A stretch of DNA of 64,000 nt from Candidatus Omnitrophota bacterium (GCA_014729775.1 WJJJ01000013.1:2947-66946); one strand, 5' to 3'; shown: positions 19,582 through 28,699, counted from the stretch's first letter. Made by a program: numbers and translations. Notes: generated from the letters alone by a model not told the origin.

Positions 19582-21924
19582 GTGGCTGCCTTCATTCGCC
19601 GATTCATTTTAGTCCTTTTGCGCCGGCCGCTGATATCGATCAGCGTGACCGGAGCAATTACGCTTCTGGCCCTCTCAGTCCTGCCGAAAATTCAAATCGA
19701 TCACAGCGTTGACGTATTCTTTGATCGTGACAGCCCCAGCTACGTGCAGTTTCAGGAATGGAAAAAAGAATTCGGAAGCAACCAGCTGATCGTGGTTGCG
19801 CTCGATTCCGGAGAGGTGTTTACCGAGAAATCTCTTCGGGTGATCCGTACGCTTACTCTCGCGTTTGAACGCCTGCCTCACGTGGACGAGGTGACCAGTA
19901 TTACCAATGTCAATGATATCCGGGGTTCCGATCAGGATTTTATCGTCGAGAAGTTTATTAAAGAGATCCCTTCTGATCCGGACGCGCTGTCCCGTCTCGA
20001 AACCGCCGCGCTTCAGAATCCGCTTTACGTGAAAAATCTAATTTCTCCGGACGGAATGGTTGCCGGTATCTCCATCGAGCTCGTCCGTCATGAAGGAGAA
20101 GATGATACCTATAAGAAGGAAGTCATCGAGGATGTATTCGAAATCCTTCAGAAGGAAGTCCCCTCTTCCCATGAGTATTACGTAAGCGGACTGACCACTA
20201 TCGAACATTTCTATGCCCGGTATATGCAGGAGGATCTCAAACGGTTCCTGCCGTTGATCTTCGTTTTTCTAATCGCAGTGTTGGTGATAAGTTTTCGGCG
20301 TCTGGGCGGCGTCCTTATTCCGCTGGTGACGATCACGGTGAGTCTGGTCTGGACAATGGCCTTCCTCTACTTCTGCGGGTTTTCCATCAATAACGTGACG
20401 ACGATTATTCCTCCGATCATCTTGGCGATCGCGGTTGCCGACAGCGTGCATTTAGTGGGGGAAACCCTGCAGAGGGCGCGAAGGGGGGATTTTTGCGGCG
20501 GGAAGGAAGAAAGTTCCGCCGTGGCGGAGACCGCGATGCATTTGCTTAAGCCCTGCGCGCTGACGACGCTCACTACGATGATCGGTTTTTATTCTCTCAC
20601 GGTGAGCCGGATCCCGCCGGTGCGGGAGCTGGGGATCGTCGCGGGAACCGGGGTCTTCTTTGCTTTTGTGCTGACCTTTACCTTTTTGCCCGCGCTGATC
20701 AAACAGTTTCATTTGTGTGCGATGAAGCCCGGCGGCGGGCGCGGGGCGCTGGACAGCGGGTTCGACGCGTTTTTAAAGAAGATGGCCGGATTCAGCGAAC
20801 GTTTTCATCGGGCGATTCTCTGGGGCGCGGTGCTTCTGGTCGCGGGCTGTGTGTGGGGTACGACGTTCATTCAGTCGGAAACAAGCGTGCTTGAATATTT
20901 CAAACCGCAGACACAAGTGTATCAAGCCACTACGTTTATGGAGGAGAACCTGAGCGGAGTGCATTTCCTTCAGATTTCCCTGCGTGCTCAGGAACGGGAT
21001 TATTTCAAGGATCCGGCGCGGCTCCGCGAGATCGAGAATCTGGAGCGTTTTTTGGAAAAGGTTCCTGAAGTCGATAAAGTCGAATCGGTCGTTGATTACG
21101 TCAAGGAGATCAATAAGTCGTTCCATAACGAGAATCCCGGCTATTACGCCATCCCGGAGTCACGGCCGCTTCTGGCGCAGTATCTCCTGTTGTACGGCGC
21201 CCGGGATTTACGTGAGTTTGTTGATTCCCAGTGGGAATGGACGACTGTGCAGGTCCGTCTCACCGAACATAGCACGGCGCGGCTGAGTGAAGTGATCGAA
21301 AATGTAGAGGGATATCTGCACCGTCATTTCAGCGGGATTGAAGCAAGGGTCCTGGGGCAAACCGTGCTTGAGGTGGAGACGAACAACGCCGTTACTGAGG
21401 GGCAGGTCAAAAGTCTGGCGATGGCAATGGCGGTGATCTTTGTCATGATGTTTTTCGTGTTCCGTACTTTCGGGGCCGGCATGGTGAGCATGGGGGCGAA
21501 TCTCTTGCCTCTTCTGATAAATTTTGGGATAATGGGGTTTGCCGGGATTCGGCTTGACAGCGCGACGTCGATGATTTCCGCGATCGCCATCGGCATTATC
21601 GTTGATGACACCATTCATTACATGCACTCGTTTCAGCATTCTCTGCAGTCGCGGGGAAAGTACCGGGAGGCGATGTATGATGCGTTCCATCAAAAGGGCC
21701 GGCCGATTATTCTTACGTCCCTAATTTTGTTCTGCGGTTTCGGAGTGATGATATTTTCTCATTTTGTCCCCACGTATTATTTCGGAATGCTGAGCGCGCT
21801 GTTGATGATTCATGCCTTGGTGGTCGATCTGATCATTCTGCCCAGCGCGCTGATAGCGCTGAAGCCCCGGTTTCGGTCGGGGCGGAAAGGAAAGGAGAAC
21901 CGCGAAAATGAACTCGTCCGCTGA
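19582..21924 (+). CDS. MMPL/RND family transporter
   Basis: Two-fold repeat with IAVADSVHL and IAIGIIVDDTIHY; about 12 TMs and two periplasmic domains. Start uncertain (GTG 19582 or 19543). Confidence 0.88.
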   Translation: MAAFIRRFILVLLRRPLISISVTGAITLLALSVLPKIQIDHSVDVFFDRDSPSYVQFQEWKKEFGSNQLIVVALDSGEVFTEKSLRVIRTLTLAFERLPHVDEVTSITNVNDIRGSDQDFIVEKFIKEIPSDPDALSRLETAALQNPLYVKNLISPDGMVAGISIELVRHEGEDDTYKKEVIEDVFEILQKEVPSSHEYYVSGLTTIEHFYARYMQEDLKRFLPLIFVFLIAVLVISFRRLGGVLIPLVTITVSLVWTMAFLYFCGFSINNVTTIIPPIILAIAVADSVHLVGETLQRARRGDFCGGKEESSAVAETAMHLLKPCALTTLTTMIGFYSLTVSRIPPVRELGIVAGTGVFFAFVLTFTFLPALIKQFHLCAMKPGGGRGALDSGFDAFLKKMAGFSERFHRAILWGAVLLVAGCVWGTTFIQSETSVLEYFKPQTQVYQATTFMEENLSGVHFLQISLRAQERDYFKDPARLREIENLERFLEKVPEVDKVESVVDYVKEINKSFHNENPGYYAIPESRPLLAQYLLLYGARDLREFVDSQWEWTTVQVRLTEHSTARLSEVIENVEGYLHRHFSGIEARVLGQTVLEVETNNAVTEGQVKSLAMAMAVIFVMMFFVFRTFGAGMVSMGANLLPLLINFGIMGFAGIRLDSATSMISAIAIGIIVDDTIHYMHSFQHSLQSRGKYREAMYDAFHQKGRPIILTSLILFCGFGVMIFSHFVPTYYFGMLSALLMIHALVVDLIILPSALIALKPRFRSGRKGKENRENELVR

Positions 21925-22801
21925 AACTGCGGGAGAGGCCGATCAATTTTTCAGAGAAGCTTTCTGCCGGAATATCGGACTGCTGACCGAAGAGGAGCAG
22001 GAAAAGCTGCGGCGTACGACCGTCGGGGTTATCGGAGCCGGCGGCGTCGGCGGGCTGCACCTGACGACTTTGGCCCGTTTAGGCGTAGGAGGTTTCCATA
22101 TTGCCGACATGGACAGGTACGAATTAGCCAATGTCCAGAGACAGTGCGGCGCGTTCGTGCATACCCTCGGAAAAAATAAGGCGGAGGCAATGCGGGAGAT
22201 CGCGCTGGGGATCAATCCTCATCTGCGGCTTAAAGTATTTTCCGAGCAGATCGGCCGTGAAAATATTCATCAGTTCCTGGAAGGGGTGGATGTGCTCATT
22301 GACGGCATCGATTTTTTTTCGCTGGAAGCGCGGCGCTGCGCTTTCGATGCCGCCCGGGAACGGGGAGTATATACCGTCACCGCGGGGCCTCTGGGGTTCG
22401 GCAGTGCGATGCTGGTGTTCGCTCCCCAAGACGGGATGACGTTTGACGAATATTTTGATATTCATCCTGACATGAACGAGACGGAGAAGATTATCGCGTT
22501 CGCGGTAGGGCTTGCGCCGGCGGCTCTGCATATGCGTTATTTAAATCTTGGTTCGGTGAATCTGAAGAAAAAATCGGGACCGTCTCTGGTAACCGCGTGC
22601 ACGCTGTGCGGGGTGCTTGCCGCCACTGAGGTGATTCGCATTGTATTGAGAAAAGACAGACCGGCCGCGGTGCCGCATTATTTTCAATACGATCCGTATC
22701 TGCAGAAACTGAAGAAAGGATACGTGCGGTGGGGGAATCGTCATCCTCTTCAACGGGTCAAACGCTGGTATCTCGCCAGAAAACTCGGCGCTCGCGCCTG
22801 A
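21908..22801 (+). CDS. ThiF/E1-like adenylyltransferase
   Basis: GVIGAGGVGG, IADMDRYELANVQRQ, GKNKAE, DGIDFF; no CxxC Zn pairs. Confidence 0.88.
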   Translation: MNSSAETAGEADQFFREAFCRNIGLLTEEEQEKLRRTTVGVIGAGGVGGLHLTTLARLGVGGFHIADMDRYELANVQRQCGAFVHTLGKNKAEAMREIALGINPHLRLKVFSEQIGRENIHQFLEGVDVLIDGIDFFSLEARRCAFDAARERGVYTVTAGPLGFGSAMLVFAPQDGMTFDEYFDIHPDMNETEKIIAFAVGLAPAALHMRYLNLGSVNLKKKSGPSLVTACTLCGVLAATEVIRIVLRKDRPAAVPHYFQYDPYLQKLKKGYVRWGNRHPLQRVKRWYLARKLGARA

Positions 22802-22837
22802 AGGCTTCTAATAACCGATCAAAAGAGGAGTAGCCTG

Positions 22838-23623
22838 ATGACTTACGGGAAGAGAATATTATGGATGTCCGCTTTATTTACCTGTATATGGCTCTCCTTC
22901 CCTCCCGGCGCAGCCGCCCAGGAGCTGAGCGGAGGGCAGATCATGGAAAAATCCTATTTTCGCGAGGACGGGAATGACGCTGAATTCAAGGTTGAGATGA
23001 TCTTAATCGACCGCCGCGGCCGCGCCAGGGACCGTACGCTGATGATGTATTTTAAAGATTACGGGAATTTGCGGAAAACATTTCTCAAGTTCACGGAACC
23101 GGCTGATATCGAGGGTACGAAGTTCTTATCCTGGGAAACCGAAAACGGCGAGGAGACGCAATACTTGTACCTTCCCGCGCTGGGCAGATCCAAGCGGATC
23201 GTGAGTAGCCAAAGGGACCTGCGGTTTGTGAATACTGATTTTACCTACGAGGATATGGAACGGCGCGAGCCCGGTCAGGATACCCATCGGTTTCTGCGGG
23301 ACGGTGAATCCCTGAACCGGCCGTGCTTTGTGGTGGAGAGCGTGCCCAAACCGGACACTTCCCAATACGGAAAACGCGTCAGCTGGGTAACGAAAGATTC
23401 TTTTGTGGTCGTCGCGGTTGATTTTTACGATACCCGGGAGAAGAAAATTAAGGAATTACGGGTGAAGGAGTTGGAGGAGGTCGAAGGGATCCCGACGGCG
23501 ATGAAAACGATAATGAAGGACCTTAAAGAGGATCACCGGACGGTGATGAAGGTTGAGTATGTGGAATATAATCAGGGGCTTGCGGATACGCTGTTTACGC
23601 TTTCCGCTCTCGAACGTAATTAG
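22838..23623 (+). CDS. LolA-like outer-membrane lipoprotein-sorting family protein
   Basis: Signal peptide; F.EPADIEGT.FL, QYLYLPAL.RSKRI, FVNTDFTYEDM. Confidence 0.85.
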   Translation: MTYGKRILWMSALFTCIWLSFPPGAAAQELSGGQIMEKSYFREDGNDAEFKVEMILIDRRGRARDRTLMMYFKDYGNLRKTFLKFTEPADIEGTKFLSWETENGEETQYLYLPALGRSKRIVSSQRDLRFVNTDFTYEDMERREPGQDTHRFLRDGESLNRPCFVVESVPKPDTSQYGKRVSWVTKDSFVVVAVDFYDTREKKIKELRVKELEEVEGIPTAMKTIMKDLKEDHRTVMKVEYVEYNQGLADTLFTLSALERN

Positions 23624-25001
23624 AAGTATTGGATTGGCGTTCGCGCTGAGTGCGGCGGCTTCGCATCCGATCACTGCGCAGGATGCGCTGGAAGGAGCAG
23701 TTTCCTGGTCTTCTTCAGGGGAGCTCGAATTCCGGGTGTTTCAGGACACGGTTGAAGATACCGAATACGAAGATCACCGGCAGTATTTCAGCCGGGCATT
23801 ATGGGAGAATGAGGTCCGGCTCGAAGGAAGTCCTTTGCGCGTTCAGATAAACGCTGAAGCGGTCGGAGAAGCCTGGTCGGGGGACGAGAGCAGAGAGGAC
23901 GCGGATGTATTCCTGCACGAAGCGTACGCGAGTTATGTCAAGGGAGCGCATGCGTTCACCGTCGGGCGTCAAGTGGTGACCTGGGGCCGGATTGAACGGT
24001 CCAGGCTGGACGTGTGGAATCCGCAGAGTTACCGGTGGTTTGTATTGTTTGATAAACAGCGTCGGAAAAGGGCGGTTCTGATGAGCCGCTATGAATATAT
24101 TGCTCCCCGCTTTGATCTCGAATTTGTCTGGATGCCCTGGTTTGAACCTTCTCAGTTGCTGTACTTCGGATCGGACTGGGCGCTGTTTGATCACACGAAA
24201 AAAATCATACGAGAGGAAGGTTATCCGCCGGCGGTGAAATCTCTGGTGAATGCGATCGAAATCCGGGCCGATCCTGAGCGGGAGAAGCACGCGCTCACCA
24301 ATTCTCAAGGCGGAGCGCGACTGCGCTCCCGGGCCGGGGATATCGATTACGCGCTCTATTATCTGAACGTGGCGCAGAATCTTGGAGTCCTGCAGGAATC
24401 GACGCCAAAGGGGAACCTGGTGAAACAGTTTTTGTATCTTCCCTCCGCCGGGAACCTGAACCGGCTGCTCGCGGCTGCCCCGGCCGGAGATGATCTTATT
24501 CTGCGCAAAGAACATCCAAGAATGCACCTGATCGGTGCCGACGCAGAAACCGTGTGGGGAGTAAGTTCGGTGCGAGCGGAGCTGGCCTACGCGACCAAAA
24601 TGGCGTATTTGCGGGAGGATTTTTCGTATGCGATCCACGATACCCTTTTTGGGGCGTGCGGGGCCGATTACACCGGTTCCGGCGGTCTGTATCTGAATAT
24701 CGATTTTCTTTACAGGCAAATTCTCGGTTATAGAGAGTTGTTTGCCGACGAAGAATATACCTTCCAAGTCGACGGCACGCTGCGGAAGGATCTCTGGAGA
24801 GGCAGCGCCGAATTCGTTCTGGACGGTTCGTTTAATTTCTCGCGGCATGACTGGATGATCAATCCGGTGGTCACCTGGAAAGCGAATCCCTCGTTTCACG
24901 TTTCCGCGGGAATGGTTTTTTTCGGCGGGGACTTAACGACTCTTTTTGGACGGTTTGATCAGAAAGATCTGGTATACGTCCGTACTCAATACTTCTTTTA
25001 A
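23553..25001 (+). CDS. Outer-membrane beta-barrel protein (DUF1302-like)
   Basis: LHEAY, VGRQVVTWG, alternating beta strands and C-terminal YVRTQYFF beta-signal; typical partner of MMPL/LolA-like genes. Start uncertain. Confidence 0.7.
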   Translation: MSMWNIIRGLRIRCLRFPLSNVIRSIGLAFALSAAASHPITAQDALEGAVSWSSSGELEFRVFQDTVEDTEYEDHRQYFSRALWENEVRLEGSPLRVQINAEAVGEAWSGDESREDADVFLHEAYASYVKGAHAFTVGRQVVTWGRIERSRLDVWNPQSYRWFVLFDKQRRKRAVLMSRYEYIAPRFDLEFVWMPWFEPSQLLYFGSDWALFDHTKKIIREEGYPPAVKSLVNAIEIRADPEREKHALTNSQGGARLRSRAGDIDYALYYLNVAQNLGVLQESTPKGNLVKQFLYLPSAGNLNRLLAAAPAGDDLILRKEHPRMHLIGADAETVWGVSSVRAELAYATKMAYLREDFSYAIHDTLFGACGADYTGSGGLYLNIDFLYRQILGYRELFADEEYTFQVDGTLRKDLWRGSAEFVLDGSFNFSRHDWMINPVVTWKANPSFHVSAGMVFFGGDLTTLFGRFDQKDLVYVRTQYFF

Positions 25002-25026
25002 TCCGCGCAAGAATCCTTCCGGATGT

Positions 25027-25848
25027 TTACCGCATGATTTTTTCGAAATCGTACGTGGGGTAACATTTCTTGAGGTAGGCGAGGTGTTCCGGAGAGCAGT
25101 TTCGGAGGATTGGATGGCGTTCCACGAAAAACGAGCGCAGGTCGTCTTCCGAAAAACGGAATTTTCCGCTGAATTTTTCGGGTTCGTTCTTTACCCGCAG
25201 GAACATTTTCTGTAAATCTTCACGCTGCATCGTTTTGCATCGTTCTTCAAACCCGTGAAGGTTGATGTATTTGCCTATTGCCGGTGCTCCGTTGGCGTGA
25301 TTGTACGTCTTGAGCTCTCCCAGATCCTCAAACAGGAGAAAATCATAAATAAGCTTATGTTTTGGATGGAACGTGATGCAGGCAAAATCATAATCGTGAT
25401 ATATCGAAAGATAATCAAAGACAAGCTTGAACAGTGAAAAGATGAAGAACATTTTTTTTGCGTTCAACATGACCGATACGCCGCGAAAGAGGTCGGTATT
25501 GCTGGCGAGCATGGTCACTTCGCATACTTTTTTCCCCTGATCGCGTAACGCATCGATTTCATTGCGGTAAATTGCGTCCATGGGCAGGCCCAGAGGGGAA
25601 TCGGGGATCACCGAAACGGTGGAGAGGACAATGTCGTCTGCGACCGTGACAAACGTGCTGCTTTGCGGCAGTGCGTTGTAGACCGTGTAGCGCATCTGCG
25701 ACGGACATTCCTCGGTGTATCCGCGTTTCAGATATTCCCGATAGACGAGAGAGTACGCCTGAGTGATTTCCTCGCGTATGCGTGCGATACGGTAATCCAC
25801 CGAACGTAAGAGAGTTTTTACGTCTATGCAGTCTTGTGACATATTCAT
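25027..25848 (-). CDS. N-acyl amino acid synthase (FeeM-like, GNAT fold)
   Basis: AYSLVYREYLKRGY, TVSVIPDSPLGLPMDAIY..EID.LR, CEVT.LA, ITFHPKH, GAPA. Confidence 0.8.
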   Translation of the reverse strand: MNMSQDCIDVKTLLRSVDYRIARIREEITQAYSLVYREYLKRGYTEECPSQMRYTVYNALPQSSTFVTVADDIVLSTVSVIPDSPLGLPMDAIYRNEIDALRDQGKKVCEVTMLASNTDLFRGVSVMLNAKKMFFIFSLFKLVFDYLSIYHDYDFACITFHPKHKLIYDFLLFEDLGELKTYNHANGAPAIGKYINLHGFEERCKTMQREDLQKMFLRVKNEPEKFSGKFRFSEDDLRSFFVERHPILRNCSPEHLAYLKKCYPTYDFEKIMR

Positions 25849-26279
25849 GACTTTACGTGAATGTCCCCGTGCTGATCGAGATATTCGCTGAGAATCGTCC
25901 GGCTGACGTAGAAAACGAATTTCTGCCGGTCTTGAGGGGACATTTTGTGAAACCGGATTCCGGTAAGATACGCGGGATACGAAGAGGAGCCTGAATGCGT
26001 GTTCTCCGGCTGGGAATTCCAGATGACGTCGGCATCAACCGAGAAAGGTTTCTGTTCGTCCGGAAGCTTCAGTTTAAGCGAGATCACCTGTCCCCGGGTG
26101 AGCGGGACAGGGGAAAGAAAGCGCATCCCTCCGCCGCTGATATCTTCAATCGCGAGAGGGCGATGCCAACGATTCCGGCCGCTCATTGCAAATTCCATCT
26201 CCAGCGGGAGAGTGACCCGGTCGGTCTTTCGCTTCTCTTTGGCCAGCAAAGTCTGCAGTTTTTTCAACTCTTCCCGCAT
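25845..26279 (-). CDS. PilZ domain protein (c-di-GMP receptor)
   Basis: EKRKTDR (RxxxR), DISGGG (DxSxxG), GIRF; GAGGAG RBS. Confidence 0.88.
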   Translation of the reverse strand: MREELKKLQTLLAKEKRKTDRVTLPLEMEFAMSGRNRWHRPLAIEDISGGGMRFLSPVPLTRGQVISLKLKLPDEQKPFSVDADVIWNSQPENTHSGSSSYPAYLTGIRFHKMSPQDRQKFVFYVSRTILSEYLDQHGDIHVKS

Positions 26280-26298
26280 GAATGCTCCTCGCTGTTCC

Positions 26299-26327
26299 AT
26301 TATCGGCATATTTGGGCGTACTGTCAA
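26299..26327 (-). promoter_or_regulatory. sigma70-type promoter for the pilZ-NAS pair
   Basis: Minus strand TTGACA-N17-GATAAT. Confidence 0.6.
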
Positions 26328-26418
26328 GGCGAAATCCGCCGGTTTGAGAGAGAACGACGCGTCCGCGAGAAGGAGAGAAGAGCTCGCGTGATCATCCGTG
26401 GGAGGGCATCACAAAATT

Positions 26419-26464
26419 TGTGGAATTTTCCCACAAAGAGCCAAAAATGTCGAAAAGATTGACA
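26419..26464. promoter_or_regulatory. Two TGT-N11-ACA enhancer sites
   Basis: TGTGGAATTTTCCCACA (26419) and TGTCGAAAAGATTGACA (26448). Confidence 0.65.
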
Positions 26465-26603
26465 TTGTTTAACTTGTTGATAAATATAGTGTTAAAGAAA
26501 CATTGTTCGTTTCCTTTGAGGCTTTGTTGATATTTATAGACATTTCGCCGATGGGGGGAACCGCCGAATGAAAACGGTTTCAAGGAAAACGGTTTTATAT
26601 CTC

Positions 26604-26616
26604 TAACAGTTTGATT
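26604..26616. promoter_or_regulatory. IHF-binding consensus between enhancer and sigma54 promoter
   Basis: TAACAGTTTGATT fits YAANNNNTTGATW; second match TAACTTGTTGATA at 26470-26482. Confidence 0.5.
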
Positions 26617-26670
26617 CCCAACCGTTTATAGTTGACTTATTTCACCCTTTTTCGCGGGAGTAACTCTTAT

Positions 26671-26687
26671 TTGGCATGGAATCTGCT
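26671..26687 (+). promoter_or_regulatory. sigma54 -24/-12 promoter
   Basis: TTGGCATGGAATCTGCT. Confidence 0.8.
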
Positions 26688-26716
26688 TTACCTTATACAA
26701 GCGCAGGTAAAAGAAA

Positions 26717-27598
26717 ATGGAGCGAATAGTCGGATATCCCAGTAGAGATGTGGATAAAAAGTTCCGCCGGGCGGTGCGAACCGTACGGAAGACCCTGCGG
26801 GAAATTACAAGACCTGACGTAAGAAGGGTCTGTGCTTCTTTTTTCCTGGGGGTGTTCCTGACCGGTACTGTTGCCGCGGTGGTGTGGTTAGTGCGCAGTT
26901 CTGTGTATGCTCAGTCGACTATGGTACGGTCGGCGGCTGTGCCGCTGGAATCGGTTCGTTGGGTGATGAGCGGGAGCTTGGCGAGCGCATTGATCAGTTT
27001 CGCCCGCGTAAAGTATCGCCTGGGAAAACGGTGTTTTGATGTGGCGGCGTCTGCGATCGGACTTATTTTGTCGGCGCCGTTGCTGATCATTATCGCGATA
27101 CTGGTGAAGCTTGAATCGGAAGGTCCGGTGTTCTTTACCCAGAAGCGGCTGGGGAAGAACGGCAAAATTTTCAATATTTGGAAATTTCGCACGATGCGCA
27201 ATAACGCCGAGATGGAAACCGGTCCGGTATGGGCGCAGGATGACGATCCCCGGGTCACCCGCTTGGGAAATTTCCTGCGTAAAACGCATATCGATGAACT
27301 GCCGCAATTATGGAATGTGGTGAGAGGGGACATGAGTCTTATCGGTCCGCGTCCGGAACGTCCCGAATTCTCGGAGCAGATTGCCTTTCACGTGCCGCAG
27401 TTTCGTCAGCGGATCGAGGTGAAACCAGGGATTACCGGTTTGGCACAGGTGCGCTATCAATACGGAGCATCAATACGCGATGCGTCGAGAAAATTGCGGT
27501 ACGATCAATTATATCTGCAGCGGATGTGTTGGTTTCTTGATTTCCAGATCCTGCTTTGGACTCTGGGACGGGTGATGACCGGCGAAGGCGCCAGGTAA
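26717..27598 (+). CDS. Priming sugar transferase (polyprenyl-phosphate glycosylphosphotransferase)
   Basis: KRCFD, GPVFFTQKRLG, KFRTM, DDPRVT, DELPQLWNV..GDMSLIGPRPERP, VKPGITGLAQV. Confidence 0.93.
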   Translation: MERIVGYPSRDVDKKFRRAVRTVRKTLREITRPDVRRVCASFFLGVFLTGTVAAVVWLVRSSVYAQSTMVRSAAVPLESVRWVMSGSLASALISFARVKYRLGKRCFDVAASAIGLILSAPLLIIIAILVKLESEGPVFFTQKRLGKNGKIFNIWKFRTMRNNAEMETGPVWAQDDDPRVTRLGNFLRKTHIDELPQLWNVVRGDMSLIGPRPERPEFSEQIAFHVPQFRQRIEVKPGITGLAQVRYQYGASIRDASRKLRYDQLYLQRMCWFLDFQILLWTLGRVMTGEGAR

Positions 27599-27615
27599 AC
27601 GAAGTTTCTCTGCTG

Positions 27616-28422
27616 ATGAAAACAGCGATACATATTTGGAAAGATTCCTGGCAGCTGCTCCAACGGCATTTAAAAGTGATCGTGCCGTTCGGGGTGACCG
27701 CGCTGGCGGGAGTGTTGGCCTTGTGGATTTTATATTTGGCGCCGCAGAAACCGGTATCGTATCTGCTGGCACCGCCGATCAGAAAATTCCTGGGGGAAAA
27801 GTTCCTTCATTATCCGTATCATTTATTTATTCTGCCCAAGTTGTTCTATTACGCAGAAAGGGTGATCATCGCCGTAGTCGGCGTGCTGATGACCGGAACC
27901 GCGATCGGGATGATCAAGGAAACGTTTGAAGGGAAAAGACCCCGTATTATGCGTAATTTCACGTACGCGCTTCGGAGATTTTTCGCGTTGTTTGTGATTC
28001 TCGCGGTGATGATGGGCGCGGCGATCCTGACGTCGGAAGCCGTAAAAGCGGTATTTGCGCAGAGGAACTTCGCTACGGCGCTCCTGATGTATCTGGCAGC
28101 GCTGATCCCTCAGGCGTTGTTTATTTACGCGCTGCCCGCGATCATTTTGGGCAGACAAAATGTGATCAGGGCATTCCATGAGGGAATAAAATTATTCGGG
28201 CGCCGGTCTTTGACGACTATTCTTTTTATTGTAGTTCCTGCGCTGGTCTATGTGCCAGTGCTGGCGCTCAACCAGATCGGCAGAAATTTAATCGTGAATA
28301 TCGCTCCGGAAGTGATCCTGGTGATGATCGGCCTGGGAATCATTGCGTCGTTGATCATCGAGATATGGACGATACTCGCGCCGACGGTATTGTATTTGAA
28401 AACAAAGGAGGGAAGTGTATGA
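27616..28422 (+). CDS. Multi-pass membrane protein of unknown function
   Basis: About 6 hydrophobic segments; its stop overlaps the next ATG. Confidence 0.7.
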   Translation: MKTAIHIWKDSWQLLQRHLKVIVPFGVTALAGVLALWILYLAPQKPVSYLLAPPIRKFLGEKFLHYPYHLFILPKLFYYAERVIIAVVGVLMTGTAIGMIKETFEGKRPRIMRNFTYALRRFFALFVILAVMMGAAILTSEAVKAVFAQRNFATALLMYLAALIPQALFIYALPAIILGRQNVIRAFHEGIKLFGRRSLTTILFIVVPALVYVPVLALNQIGRNLIVNIAPEVILVMIGLGIIASLIIEIWTILAPTVLYLKTKEGSV

Positions 28423-28619
28423 GTGGTAAGGTGAAACTGACATGTATGGTGTGCGCCCTGTGCGTCGCGTTTCTCACCGGATGTAAAGGCGGCGGTGGAG
28501 GAGGAGATCAGTATTCCTATCTGCAAGATATTCCTCATCAGCCTGAACCGGCGACAATCGTGATGTTCGGACTCGGCGCACTGGGCGTGTTCGGCGCGCG
28601 TAAGTTTAAAAAGAAATAA
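28419..28619 (+). CDS. 66-aa lipoprotein with PEP-CTERM tail
   Basis: AAGGAGG RBS; lipobox LTG|C; QPEPATIVMFGLGALGVFGARKFKKK. Confidence 0.85.
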   Translation: MSGKVKLTCMVCALCVAFLTGCKGGGGGGDQYSYLQDIPHQPEPATIVMFGLGALGVFGARKFKKK

Positions 28620-28647
28620 CATTGTTTGTGATCCAGAATTCATGAGT

Positions 28648-28686
28648 CGCAAAAGAGAAGAATAGTCTTCTCTTTTGCGCTTTTAT
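28648..28686 (+). terminator. Strong hairpin / intrinsic terminator
   Basis: CGCAAAAGAGAAGA-ATAG-TCTTCTCTTTTGCG then CTTTTAT. Confidence 0.8.
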
Positions 28687-28699
28687 AAGGAGTGTCAAG

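Noticed and set aside
21908-22801. ThiF as thiamine/Moco biosynthesis or an anti-phage E1
   Set aside because: No ThiS/MoaD, E2, JAB or CD-NTase neighbours and no Zn-binding CxxC pairs; the context is lipid export.
23799-24899. Long antisense ORFs (this one, 12316-13254, 10713-11570, 43952-44716, 59423-60199, 63423-63995 and others)
   Set aside because: They are shadows of well-supported opposite-strand genes in GC-rich DNA, with no recognisable motifs.
26570-26595. GAAAACGGTTT direct repeat as a separate operator
   Set aside because: Only two copies at one site in AT-rich promoter DNA; not enough support.
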